From contig NC_091475.1 in assembly GCF_036971445.1 (NCBI RefSeq), positions 2,294,001 through 2,358,000 of the forward strand: 64,000 nt of DNA, read 5' to 3'. Within the stretch, counting starts at the first letter, position 1; each line of letters starts with the position of its first letter. Shown here piece by piece: positions 12,256 through 25,144 of this stretch. Below the pieces are notes generated by a model. That model was given only the letters and a program-made list of their open reading frames with translations, was not told where the DNA came from and searched no databases. This DNA comes from Narcine bancroftii. Its lineage: Eukaryota. Position numbers and translations under genes: made by a program.

Positions 12256-14148
12256 CCTTTTTCGAGCTCTCCAAGAAAAACTTCCGTGAGAGTAATTTTT
12301 CTTTTCCCAGACAAGATGGACCATGCCACGCTCTTGTAGTAAACTAGAGGAGATCTCATGCAGCAATACAGACACTTGAGATAACTGTGTGAGGCTATAG
12401 CTGTCCAAGAAGCTTGCAATGTGCCTCAGTATCTCTGATGGAAGACGAGTTAGACTTAATAAATTCTTCCTTTTTCCCCATTCATTAGTACCCCCATTGC
12501 AGTTCTGACACAAAAATGGAGAAACATCTGGTTTAATTGCAAATGCACTTTGTTGTTGATTGTAGATAATCTTTGCCTTCTGTGTGGAGGGACGGAATCT
12601 CTGTTGAGAGTAGGTACAGCCGAGATAAGCTAAAGGACATTTCTGTACCATCCATCCATTCAAGGATGACTGAATATCAGCATGTACATTCCTAAAGTGT
12701 GATGAAAACTCATCTCGTCTCAAAAAGTGGTGGCACATAAATGTGAAGACAGAAGTTGATTTGCTGTATCTTTTTGTGATGCACTCTGTCTGAAGTTGCA
12801 AATAGAGGCAAGAGGCTTTCTCTGCTGCGACATCAGCTAAAACCACATCGTGGCCAAAAGGAGCAGAGGGAAAAGAATAAGTCTGAGTTGCAACGTCTGT
12901 TACTAGTCGATCAGTGGTCTTTGTTTCTGATATGCTGTGGCCTTTTAGCATCTTTTCCAAATAACAAAGCAATGAAATAGTTATTTCATCATTTTGATGA
13001 CTCACTGTTTCCAGGTCAGAAGTGTCCACTGATTTGGTTTCCTTTTTTACTTTCCGTAGTGAATAGTCTCCAAAATGTTCACGATTGATTCGGTAACTAG
13101 TTGGAACCTTAAACGTATTGACAGTTCTAACTTCCTGGGCCTCCAGATTTCCGTAAACAAAATCTTTCTCTTTGGGTGTACATGCACTCATCTGACCGAA
13201 TCGAATAAGCATACTGCCATGATGTAACAAATACATATTGAAATGTTTTCTATCCATTCGAGATTCTAGTCTATCCAGCACACCTTCTTGCCAAGGAGCT
13301 TCACCTGACTCTTCTATTGCTGTTAACAAAGTTGAATCTGATGAATTGGTTTTACTTTCAGTCATATTTTTCTTCTTATGTCCACTGTTTTCTTTCTCAC
13401 TCTTATTTATAACTTTTTGCTTTGTCTCTTCAGTCCTACAGCCCCCTTTATCCTTACTGAAAATGCTCTCCCAAGAACAATACTGTGCAAAATTGATCCC
13501 TTCCTCAGATTCTGCTGTTTTTTCTTCCTGAATTAGTTCAACCATGTCTACTGCATTAGTACAAATATTGTCAATTCCATTTTGATGCATTTCAGATCCT
13601 GTTTTGAGATCATTGCCTTCCAAACATGCTGAACCCACAAGCGATCCTCCTATTGCCCCTGTTTCTTCTGAATCCAAATCATTCTCATCAACAATCTCTG
13701 CCAGCTCTGGAAAAAGTTCAACCATCCTCACTGCATTGAAAACTATTCTTTGATCCCTCATTGCAGTGCTCAACTCCAAATTCTCTGGATTCAAGGATTC
13801 TTTGACCACGTTGTTCATTAATGTTACATCATCTTCATGAGCTGGCCAGCGATTCCATTGCATTGAGCAACACACAATGCTTGCAGGACAGATACGAAGG
13901 TGTTTGGAAAGCTTGTAACGTGCCATGGAAAAGGGGCAGCCAAAGGCTGAGTTAATGCAGGGAACATATTCCAGAGGACACAATACTGAGTGCTCATCCT
14001 CCTTACACTGGTGAAAAACAGCACCACACTTGGAAGGACAACTGATCACCAAACAAGAAACTGAAGGTTCAAACGACTTTTTACAGTGACGACTGTAACA
14101 TCTTTCACAATGCACATGCAATCGAGAAGCTAAACTTCTATTTCTGAT
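12256..14148 (-). CDS. FBXO40: F-box only protein 40, main exon (TRAF-type zinc finger and F-box)
   Basis: 1893-nt open exon. Acceptor ttttgcttttgtag|ATC; donor AGG|gcaagt. Contains HCERC..HC..CLVISCP..CGAVFHQCKEDEH..CPLEYVPC, APWQEGVL, FGQMSACTPKEKDFVYG and the F-box LTRLPSEILRHIASFLD. MVELFPE and APWQ are typical of FBXO40 rather than FBXO30. Confidence 0.95.
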
Positions 14149-14244
14149 CTACAAAAGCAAAAGATATTTCATTAATATTTATCGGTAACTTCCAGAAAAA
14201 ATGTAAATAACTTTGTGTGCAAGATCTACCTCTTCTCAATGATA

Positions 14245-14640
14245 AAATTCATCAGTGTGCCAACAAAACAATTAACCTACTGAGGAAAAGATTTTTCAAA
14301 CAGCAAGACCTCATTCCCATGACTAAACCTTGATTGATTCCAGCCCCCTTATATGCATTTGAGACATGGACAAGTTGGAGAAGGCACTGCAAAGTACTAG
14401 AAAATGCCTCTCCTTCATCCCCAGCACTAGGATGCTGGTCATGCTCAGTAACTCCAGTAGGTCAGCCACCATTGTCTGCTTGTCTGACACCAGATTCCCA
14501 AAACAATTATCTTAATCTCCAGTGAGGCAAGAGATCTCCAGGTAGACAAACCAAACATTTCAAGGATTCTCTTAGCCCTTTTAAAAAAACATATCATCAC
14601 CTTCAACTCATCGGAATTCCTGGCCCATCCCTGTTCAAAA
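14245..14640 (+). mobile_element. Old RTE-type LINE fragment
   Basis: IPAPLYAFETWT..RRH remnant (ORF 14334-14525) resembles IPTLLFGSETW of the younger RTE copies. Confidence 0.5.
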
Positions 14641-14651
14641 TAGAGAAAGAA

Positions 14652-14900
14652 AGGGGTGGCACTGTTAGTATAGCAGTTAGTGCAAGGCTGTTACAGCACC
14701 AGTGATCAGGGTTTGAATCCCACACTCTCAGTAAGGAGTTTATACCTTCTCTTCATATCTGCGTGGGTTTCCTCCGGGTGCTCCAGTTTCCTCCCACTGT
14801 TCAAAACGTACTGGGGATTGTAGGTTAATTGGGTGCAATTGGGCGGCACAGGCTCGTGGGCTGAAAGGGACTGTTACTGTGATACATGACTAAATTTTTA
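14652..14900 (+). mobile_element. V-SINE (HE1-like)
   Basis: GGGGTGGCACTGTTAG...GGGTTTGAATCC...CTGCGTGGGTTTCCTCCGGGTGCTCCAGTTTCCTCCCAC. Confidence 0.8.
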
Positions 14901-15584
14901 AAAAAATGAATGTCCATGAAGGCACTGAACACCTCAGTTCACTCTACAAAGGGAGCATGCAGAGACCATAAGATCATGCACAAATAATGTTAAACAATGC
15001 ATAATATTAATTACCTACCCAACAACACATCATGTATCCAACTTGTGACACTCTGTGGATATCTCATAGTTATTTCAAACCTCAAATCTTGATCCTAAGA
15101 ATTGCCTCAAAAAGAGCAAGTAACAGCCTTTGAGGTCAGAAGGAATTTAATTTTTGCTTTATATGGAGAAGTGCATCAAGTCCAGCCTACAGTAACAGAC
15201 CAGAAATTGGGGTCCAGTGTCACACAGCATGGAAGCAGACCTTTAGCCCACTGCGTCCATATTTTCTGCAGACAACCGTCTCGTAACCTGCAGACAACAT
15301 TATGAATTAAAGATACCATAGCACAGCTAATATAGAGAGAGTGCTTGAAAGCTCAAGAGAGCTAGGTTCAATTCTGGCCTTTGTGCTGCTGTCTATGTGT
15401 AGTTTCCTTGTTCTCTCTGTGACATGCAGGTATGTCAGTTAATTGGCCACAGTGAATTGCCCATAATCCACATAGTAGTGGTAGTGTCTGGGAGAGTTGA
15501 TGAGAATAAGAGGATAATAAATGTGAGTCAGTGCAGAGGGGAGCTTGGACAGTGGAAAGAAAGGAGCTACTCCTGTTTACCATA

Positions 15585-15819
15585 TGTAACATGGTCAATG
15601 ACCACTCACATACACGAAGTAAGGGCCAAAGGCTTTTTTGATCTAAAGATCCAAGCCTGCCTCAGCATTCTGCTGGCTCAAGTTCAAGGGTAGGTATGAG
15701 GGAGAAGACGAGCTCTCAGCCTTTATTAGGGGTCTTGGGGGAGGGGCTACTAGTTCAGCAGGTGGGCCAGCCTGCCCAGCTCAATGGGGAATGTGCCCGC
15801 ATCACCATGTTCCACCACA
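15585..15819 (-). mobile_element. Solo LTR, 235 bp
   Basis: Begins TGT and ends ACA. Perfect 5-bp TSD CCATA (15580-15584 and 15820-15824). Internal AATAAA on the minus strand (~15722). Confidence 0.6.
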
Positions 15820-16449
15820 CCATATTCCTTATTTAAATTATTGTTATATTCCTATGTTTCCTGAAGCTAGCATACATAGGAATCAGAGTGCGCCTCGTGT
15901 CATACCATTTAATAAGATTATGATGATCTGATATTTTGCCTCAATTCCATTTTCAGGTTGATAAACATATAGGCCTTGCTTTCCCCAGCAGCAAAATTCG
16001 ATCCACCTTAATTCAGAATAATTCAGAATCCACCACAGTCCCAAGATTCACATCCTCTGACAGTTTAAATTCTTTTTCATCTGCCTTAAGTGGACAATTA
16101 TATATTCTGAAATTATGCACCCTAGTTGTAGACTTCCTATTGCAGAGTAAACATCCTCAAAGCAACTATCTCTTTCAGGATCTTATGTTACAAGGAGACT
16201 ACCTCTCATTCTTCTAAATTCATGAGTACAGCCCACTCTGTTCAAGTTTTTCTCAGTGGGTAAATTACTATTTTATGATACCTGAAGTATTGTCTAAATT
16301 TCTCATCACACTACCATAAGAAGGTTGTGTTTGTTCTGGAAAAGGTACAGAGGATTCACCTGAATTTTGCCTGGATTGAAGAATTACAGTTATAAAGAGA
16401 GACAAGATAAATTGATTTTGAGGAGTGACCTGATTTTAATTTAATTTAG

Positions 16450-16630
16450 ACACACAGCACTGTAACAGGTCAATTCAGACCTACAAGTCCATGTCGCTCA
16501 ATTTACATCCCTTTAACCTACACCCCTGGTACATTTTGAAGGGTAGGAGGAAACCGGAAAGCGTACAAACTCCTTACAGACAGCGCGGGATTCAAACTTA
16601 TGTCCAGTGCCGCTATGTCAACCATACCAC
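16450..16630 (-). mobile_element. V-SINE (HE1-like), internally deleted
   Basis: Reverse complement has GTTTGAATCCCGCGCTGTCTGTAAGGAGTTTGTACG. Confidence 0.65.
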
Positions 16631-16709
16631 CCTTCTGATATAAGCATATAAAATTATGAGAAGGATGCATGGAGCAGACTATCAAAATATTTCTATTGTC
16701 GTGGCAGAT

Positions 16710-17285
16710 AGTGGTCAGGAGTTTGCGGAGGTTTGGTATGACATTGGAAACCCTGGCAAATTTCTACAGCTGTGGTGGAAGGTGTGCTGACCAGTTGCAT
16801 CATGGTCTGGTATGGGAACATCAATATTCCTGAGTGTAAATGCTCCAAAAGGTAGTGGACACAGCCCAGAACATCACAGGCAAAACCTTCCCCACCATCA
16901 AGAACATGTGCAGGGAATGCTGCCATTGGAGAGCAGCAGCAATCATCAAGGATCCATATCACCCAGAGCACACTCTGTTCTCAATGGTACCAACAGGAAA
17001 GACTCGTACCCCCAGGTTCAAGAACAGCTGCTCCCCTCCACCATCAGACTCCTCAACAACAAACTCAATCAGGGTCTCATTTAAGGACTCGTACTTTTGA
17101 GCTTTATTATTTGTTTTGTTTCCTCTCTGTATTGCAGTCTGTTTTTTACATTTCTTTACATGTGCATATTTTGTACAGTTTTATTTGCATATCAATAAGT
17201 GGTAATTCTGCCTAGTCCACAGTAAAAAGGACCTCAGGGTTGTACATGATATCGTGTATGTAATCTGACAATAAATCTGAAAAAA
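16710..17285 (+). mobile_element. Rex1/Babar-type LINE 3' fragment
   Basis: LQKVVDTAQNITGKTFPTI..IIKDPYHP..RFKNSC; same family as 10530-11150. Confidence 0.8.
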
Positions 17286-17386
17286 TCTGGTTGGAATGTG
17301 GAATATTCTTCCTGCCGAGGTGGTAGAGTAACTCTATGCATTTAAGAAGCATTTGGAGAAATTCTTTACTTATCAGGGCAGAGAGA

Positions 17387-17615
17387 GGGCAGCATGGTTG
17401 GCATAACAGTTAGTGCAACACCTTTACAGTGCCAGCAATCGGGACTGCACCTAGGTTCAAATCCCATGCTGTCTATAAGGAGTTTATACGTTTTCCCCGT
17501 GTCTACGTGGGATTTCTCTGGGGCCTCCCACCATTCAAGAACATACTGGGGTTAATTTGGGTGGCATGGAATCGTAGGTCCGAAATGTCCTGTTACCATG
17601 CTCTATGTCTAAATT
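17387..17615 (+). mobile_element. V-SINE (HE1-like)
   Basis: GGGCAGCATGGTTGG...GGTTCAAATCCC...GTCTATAAGGAGTTTATACGTTTTCCCCGTGTCTACGTGGG. Confidence 0.75.
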
Positions 17616-18675
17616 AATTTAAAGATTATGGACTTAATGAGATTAAATAGGATTAGTGTAGTAAGTGTAATGGGTGACATGGATCGGGGTGAAGGTGAGG
17701 GGGGGGTCAGAGGGTTTGGTTCTATGCTGTACGACTGAGTAGACCTGCACTCTGCAACCAACTCCTTCACCACAGGAATTAACATAGTGAACCTTTACTC
17801 CATAATTGCACTTCCAAGTCATGTTTATTCTTTTTTCAATAAATAGACAATATTTATAATTTATAGATATAGTCTCATTCAAGATACATCAAGAATATCT
17901 TTCTCATGTGGGAAGTAAAACACGAAAATCTCCAGGCACCATGGTTGAAGTAAAAACACAAAGCTGGAGAAACCTGCTGAGTTTCTCCAGCTTTGTGTTT
18001 TTACCTTACTCGTGTGTCCCATCATTCTTGCAATTAAGGTCAATATTCCATTTGCCTTCCGAATTACTAGTTTACCTGTGTGCTGACTTTCTCTTTCTCT
18101 TTTTCAAGACCACCCAGATCTCTCTGAGCTCTAATATTTAGATCGGTAACATCAATTGAATGATATTCTGCTTATTTATTATTTCTGCAACGTTTGTGCA
18201 GAGTACTCCATTTACTACTTCTGCCCACTCACTTTAGTGCATGTCTCTCCCCCTACTCTCTTCTATTAAGCAAACCCTTCAACCCCCAAAACCTTGAAAA
18301 TTAGCATATGGTCTCTCTTTCTCTCCTTTTTCTCAGTTACAAAAAAAATCTCATCCTGAAATCATCATTTCATCTCAGATAACCTCTTGATAACAATAAC
18401 AAATGAGAATTTAAAAAGGAGAGTTAGTAAGGGTGATTCTCACAGCAGAAGGAAGCAGAAGAGTGATGGGGAAGAGATAAAGGTGAAATCTGATGATAAG
18501 AGCCACCTGCATAATCACTTGCATTGGTGTTGAAAGATTTAAAGGTTTAAGTGCCTAAAGGTAATCAAAAAAACTGTAAGGTAACAAGGAAAGAAATGTT
18601 ATTTCTTTTTGCCTTCTAGAAATTTTGTTCAATTATTTCTACACTGACGATCAAGTTAATATTGAAATTTCTTAC

Positions 18676-18678
18676 CAT
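18676..18678 (-). CDS. FBXO40: FBXO40 start codon at the end of a 25-nt micro-exon (18676-18700)
   Basis: Minus strand reads attctttcag|CTGAGAAGGCGGATTAACCAAAATG|gtaagaaa. A phase-0 join gives M-IRNRSLASRLHVHC, colinear with human M-GKARRSPPGHHRHC. Full protein 707 aa. Confidence 0.8.
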
Positions 18679-19469
18679 TTTGGTTAATCCGCCTTCTCAG
18701 CTGAAAGAATAAATAAAATATTTGAGGATAATAATTTTACAAAAAAGTTTTATCACAATAGTTTTAAAGTGTTTAAAAGTGACTTTCATAGAGTACAATT
18801 ATGTATGGTAGGTATGGGTCATGCAGAGTGTATGATGCGATATGATGAGAAGAAATTGTTAATTATTCTTTGAATAGGATTAATTCTTCTCATTTACAGA
18901 ATAAGTTGAGGATCCATTATAGAGCTCCAGCACATCCTCTCAATATCTTGACACAACATCAACAATGTGACATGCTGATTTCATACATTTTATTCCGAAT
19001 TTCACTAATATAAAGTAGCTAAATTAATGTTATACTGGACATTTTTAGAAAAAAAATCATTGGAATTATTTTCAATCTTCTGATGTCCAGAAGATAGTTT
19101 AAAACTTGTTATGATGGAAAAAAATATCTCAACTGTCAAAAAAATACACTTAATTGAAAAAAAGAGTGGAGATAAGCTGGCCAAAATGTTTGCCTCCAAG
19201 AAAGTATACTTAAGATATTAGGAAGTGAGAAATGCCATAAAACATTCTTCATTTAACCATCCAAAAAGGCAATGAAGTTCTGCTTCTTAGATTCCGGTGT
19301 CTTCATACATGTCTGCTGTACCTGGCACACACACAATGAGTGCTGGAAGAGGATCTTACTTTGTAAAGCAGACACCTTCCCCCTCTGATTTAGCGTCAGG
19401 ACTATTTCATGATCAGTTAAAAAGAAAGAAAATAGGAGAAAAGTAAAGAGAGAAAATCTAAATGTCCTC

Positions 19470-20310
19470 ACTCTTCACCCATGACTGTGACCAGGCACAA
19501 TTCCAATGCTATCTACAAGTTTGCCGACGACACCACAGTTGAATGCAGAATTATAAATGGCAATAGGGAAGCGCACAGGAGGAAGATAGATCAGCTCATT
19601 GAGTGGTGTCACACCAACAACTTTGCACTCAACGTTAGCAAAATCAGGGAGATGATTGTGGACTTCAGGAGGAAGCCAGGAGAACACGAACCACTCCTCA
19701 TCGAGGGGTCAGAAGTGGAGAGGGTCAAGTACTTCAAATTCCTGGGTGTCAACATCTCCGAGATCTGTCTTGGTGTCTCCAGGTCGAGGCAATCACAAAG
19801 AAGGCTTTCCAGCATCTATACTTTGTGAGGAGTTTGAGGAGATTTGGTATGTCTCCAAAGACTCTCACAAATTTCTACAGGTGTATTGTAGAGAGCCTTC
19901 TGACTGTTTGCATCACTGGTGTGGAGGTGCCAATGCACACGACAAGAAAAGACTACAGAGAGTTGTGAACTTGGCAAGTAACATCACAGGCATCAGTCTT
20001 CATTTCATCAAGGACGTCTACAAGAGGCAGTGTCTTATCCTCTTACCCTCACCATCCAGTCATTCCCTCTTCACACTGTGAGGAGGTACAGGAGCCTGAA
20101 GATGAGCACCCAGTGCCACAAGGACAGCTTCTTCCCCTCTGTCATCAGATTCCTCAATGATCAATGAAGCAAACATGCTGCTTTACTTTGACTTTTCATC
20201 CATTATTTTTATTTCTTGTTGTCAGGTGGTTTCTCTGAATGTTTGCACTTTAACGCGGCTGCAAAATAACACATTTTGTGACATGTTCATGACAATAAAT
20301 CCTGATTCAG
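19470..20310 (+). mobile_element. Rex1/Babar-type LINE, RT C-half to 3' end
   Basis: ORF 19481-19828 carries YKFADDTTV (catalytic DD) and LNVSKIREMIVDFRR...FKFLGVNIS. Confidence 0.85.
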
Positions 20311-21199
20311 AAACTTATTCCCTGAATTCATCCATCATTTATAAATGCCCACACTATTTAACTACAGCCTCTTCTATTAAGCTACATTGCTTTGTTTTGC
20401 AGTCTTGTCAATATATTAATATTTTTTAAATTTATCTTGACTGAACTCTTCCTTTCCCATATTAGCTTAAAGTCCCACCTACAACCTTAAACTTTTGATT
20501 TGCCTGGTCTGCTCTTGTCCCACTGGAAAAGCTTCTACTTCACCTACAATAAGTGCTCTTGAACCATGAACAGAAATGCCCACCTCCCACATCGCCCTTC
20601 CAGACACACATTTACATCTTTATTTTCTGCCAATTTATTCATGGCTCAGGCAGTAATCCAGATATTTTAATTTGCTCTCTTGATTGTTAAATTCCCTTAC
20701 CGGTGACTTTTTTTCCTTGTTCTATTTGTCCTGTTGCTTCCCATTTTGATCTGATTCCTGCCACCACCAACCCCCCCCCCCTCCCTCCTCCCAAACCTCC
20801 ATCCTTCCATAAGTTCTATTTCAGCAGGCAACTGAGTCATCAGGGTTCCCAGTCACTGGCGCAGTCAAGAGTGTTTATTTTACTGACTATACTATTCCCC
20901 CATCATTACCACATTCCTTTTGGTTCAATCCACATCAATAGATTCCTCCGTTGTGGAGTTATAATCAAATTATATTACCTCTCTTCCATTCCTTCATGGT
21001 TATTATTTCCTCATATCTCTTTGACAAGGCCAAAAGCTATGACTCCTGCATCACTGCACCTGAACCACACACTATTTTAAAGAGAATGTTTATTTTTCAG
21101 TCAATTTAGGTACTTTTTTCACTTCTAGCAACTGATTTAATATTCATTTTTGTATCTTTGCCTTCCTCTCCTCCAAGATTATAATTCCTCACCACCAAG

Positions 21200-22195
21200 A
21201 TACCTCGAAAACTTCTCATCACACCCTGACCCTGTAAGGATTCTATTCTCTTCTTTCTATTCCTTCATCGCATCTGCTTTCAGGACAAGATCCTCCATTC
21301 CAGAACATTAGAGATATCCTCCTTCTTTTAAAAGAAAAGTGACTTCCCCTCTACTGCCTTCAACTCAGCCCCTTACTCACATATCCTCTCTTTCCCCCAT
21401 ATCTGCCCTGCCCTCCTCTGCCCCAAGATGCAACAAGAACAGGATTCTGATTGTCTTTACCTACCACCCCACTATCAGCGCTATACTTGCGCCCTTACGT
21501 CTTCACTCACCACCATTTGGAGCACCAAACTGTCCTTCCAAGTCATCTACTGCATCCAGTTTACCCATTGTAGCTTCCTCTACATTGGAGAAATTGGATA
21601 CAAACTGGGAGATCATTTCATTGAGCACATGTGCTCTGTCTGCTGCAATAACAAGGGAGCTACCAGTGACCAACCATTTTAATTCAAAGACCATTCCCAC
21701 ACTGACATGTCTATCCATGGCCTCATGCAGTCTCAGACCGAGGTTAGCCACACATTGGAGAAACAATATCTAATATTCTGTCTGGGCACTCTCCAATCAT
21801 ATAGCATTAACATCAAATTCTCCAGTTTGTGCTATACTCCTCCACTGAGTCTCTCTCTCTTTCTCTATCCCTCTGTCTCCTATCCTCAAGTTCCATGCCA
21901 CCCCACCCCTTTCCCTTCCTTTTCTATTCAGAGATACCCCTCCCCTATCAGCCTTGTTCTCTTTTACCCACCTATGACTGCTGTTAGCCTGTGCTCCTTC
22001 CCCTGCCCCTGCCCCTTCCCCTCTCCTCCCCCACCTTTTTAATCAGGCACCTGCCTACTTTTTCTTCATACTTTGAAGGGCTCAGCCCCGAAACATTTCT
22101 TATCCTTTTACTTCCTAAAGATGCTGTGTGACCTGCTGAGTTTCTCCAGCAGGTACTGCACTACAATCACCGAATTTGAAAACTTCTCTGTTTAT
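21200..22195 (+). mobile_element. Penelope-like element 3' remnant (GIY-YIG endonuclease plus hammerhead-type tail)
   Basis: VIYCIQFTHCSFLYIGEIGYKLGDHFIEH (GIY-YIG), EKQYLIFCLGTLQSYSINI, a pyrimidine tract, then TTTGAAGGGCTCAGCCCCGAAAC and GACCTGCTGAGTTTCTCCAGC. Confidence 0.75.
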
Positions 22196-22554
22196 CAACT
22201 AAGATCATGAACTGGGATGTTTCATGACAGGATCAGCCAATAAACCTAAAGAAAGGTTAGAAACTGCACTGAATTCAAACCGTTTCAAGAAACTTTCAAG
22301 AAACAAATCACCAAAAGGAAGAGAGGGAAGTGACAGGGGTACCTGAATGGGTGGTTTCAATCTTTATGGCAAAAATTCCTGTGTTTCTCATACATGAGAG
22401 AACATGAGGATAGGTAGAGCAGTGGTGAGCTATTTAAAAAGCATGCGTTGATGTGACAAAACAAACAGCTCATGTGTTTTGCATTTCAATTATTTCTGTT
22501 TCTATGATTTTATATTCTACAAAAGCAGGCAGCTCAAAGTGTTTCTTTTTTTAC

Positions 22555-23615
22555 AGCAGAAAGGAAAGGGTAATAGTAGACGGAATGTACTCTGCTTGGA
22601 GGTCAATGACTAGTGGAGTTCTGCAGGGATCTGTTCTGAGACCCCTGCTCTTTGTGATTTTTATAAATGACTTGAATGAAGGGAGAGGGATGCGTCAGTA
22701 AGTTTGCAGATGATATGAAGGTTGGAGGTGTTGTGGACAGTGGAGCAGGTTGTCATAGGTCACAACAGTATATAGACAGGATAGGCAGAAAAGGTGCAGA
22801 TGGGAGTTCAATCCAGATAAGTGTGGTGATGCATTTGAAAGGTCAAACTTAAAGGCAGAGTACATAGTTAATGGAAGAATTCTTTGCAGTGTGGAAGAAC
22901 AGAGGGGGCCGAGAGTTAAATCCATAATCTCTCAAGGTTGCCGTGCAGGCTGATAGGGTAGTTAAGAAGGCTTATGTTATGCTGGCCTTCATTAGTCGGG
23001 GGATTAAGTTCAAGAGTTATGAGGTAATGTTGCAGCTCTATAAAACTCTGGTTAGACCACACTTGAGATATTGTGCTCAGTTCTGGTTGCCTCATTACAG
23101 GAATGATGTAGAAGCTATGGGGAGGGTGCAGAGGAGGTTTACCAGGATGTTGCCTGGATTGGAGAATGTGTCTTATGAGGCAAGGTTAACAAAGCTCAGG
23201 CTTTTCTCTTTGGAGCAAAGAAGGGTGAGAGGTGACTTAATGGAGGTCTACTAGATTATAAGTGGCATAGATAGGGTGGACATCCAGCACTTTCTCCTGG
23301 GGCGATACAAGCAAACACCAGAGGCCATCTGTACAATGTGAGGGAAGGAAAGTTTAGGGGAGATGCCAGGGTTAAGTTTTTTTTATATACACAGAGAGTA
23401 GTTGGTGCCTGGAATGCATTCCGATGGATGGTGGTGGAGGCTGGTTCAATATGGACACTTAAAAGACTCTTAAGCATGCACGTGGGTGCAAGAAAAATAG
23501 AGGGATATGGGTGTGAGGGAAGGTAGAGTTTGTTGAGTAGGTTTATATAGGTCAGCACAATATCATGGATTGAAGGGTCTGCACTGTGCAGTAATTTTCT
23601 ATGTTCTTATATCTT
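22555..23615 (+). mobile_element. CR1-type LINE 3' part
   Basis: [66 protein letters not shown]; tail TTCTATGTTCT. Confidence 0.88.
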
Positions 23616-25144
23616 ATGTTCCTTCCTCATACAGGAATTCACGAGAGAAGGCAGACCATGCAACATAAAATACACATAAAAACAGCTGCTTAAAACAGCA
23701 TCAGAAAAGTTAAATTGAGAAATTCCTATTTTCAGTAGAAAATATTCAAGTAATACCTATAGCAACATGATTAGTCATCTGCAGAAATATAAGTTTTGTC
23801 ATCAAAATGAGATCAGCAAACCTGAGACAGGCTCATCTGTACTCTGATACTAATTTCAATTATCTGACGGCAGTAAAGAGAAAACTTTTTGTTTGGTACT
23901 TAAAACCTTCAGGCCCTTTAAGCTGCTTCAGGATATTAAATCCTGCAGCAGTAAACAAGCTTCCATTGAAGAGGATTAACTAAATGCTAAGTTTTCCCAC
24001 ATCAATCAAGCTGAAAATCTTTTTAAGCCAAAGCAATGAACATTATTTCTTCCACCATTCTAATAATTGGACTGTTGAAGAAAACATGAGCCATCTTATC
24101 AAAACATGTAAACAACACATCTTAGTTTAACCTTGGAAGTAAGAATATAGTTTAGTCAAAATTGTCTTTTTATTTTTTTAATTTAAAACTTGTAAATGTT
24201 TAGTCAGAATAAAGTTTTTTCTTCGAAAGTGTGCCTTGTGTTTTATTATTGAGTTTTATTTCCAGACAAGATCTAATTGATTCAGTACTAATCACAGGCC
24301 TTACGATTTCTGAACAACAAACTTAATATATAGCACATGCTTTTAAATTTATCCTTCACAAAAACAAAATGAGCTAAGTAATGCTTGAAGTAAATCCAAA
24401 CTTGCCTTTCATCATACAGAGAACAATTTTGTTGTTTAGTCCACCCAGTTCAGATCTGAATATCATGCACGTCTGGCTCACAAAGAGGTCATATTTATAT
24501 TTAGATAAATGTGTACGCTATTAAAAATAACCTAAATTTGAGCTCTGGAATGAGCTCTGATATTTGGAATACATCCAAAGGCAACAGTTCATTAATGACC
24601 AAAACTGCAAGGTTTTAGATTGGTAAATTATGACACACCTTCTTAGTCATTATCCAATCTAACTGGTATGCTAAAGGTATTTCCATACATAGAATACTTT
24701 TGGTTTTCAAGCAACAATGTAAGAGGTATTAGGCAAATAAATGTCAAACCCTTTGAAAACCAATTAATATATTCCAGAAAACAGAATGCAAATAATTTCC
24801 ATACACATAAAGAAGAGCCAGTTATAAAACAAACTTTTATTTTGTTTAACTATGAGGCCAGCTGTCAGGTTCATTCTATCATGTTACAAATCTGATCTAC
24901 TGCTTCCACCACTACTTTAAGGTTACAGGAAAAGGTCACAATATTACAGCAAATGAAAGCATTCACATTAAGACTAAAATTAACATAGTTAAAAAAAATC
25001 AAGAGTGTGGAAACTGGAAAAAAATAAAAAAAGAATGTGCTGGAATACCCTTAGATCAGGCAGCATTGTTGGAGAGAGAGAAAGAGTTAATTAAGAATAC
25101 TTCAGGTTCATGACAACAACACAGTAATATTGTGTAAAACTGAA

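Noticed and set aside
12208-14121. Calling the 637-aa ORF an intronless gene or FBXO30
   Set aside because: It starts at TTG, has clear splice sites and a separate last exon, and its motifs fit FBXO40.
23757-23778. Possible 22-nt minus-strand micro-exon (ttctgcag|ATGACT...ATAG|gtatta)
   Set aside because: No homology or frame support; could be chance.
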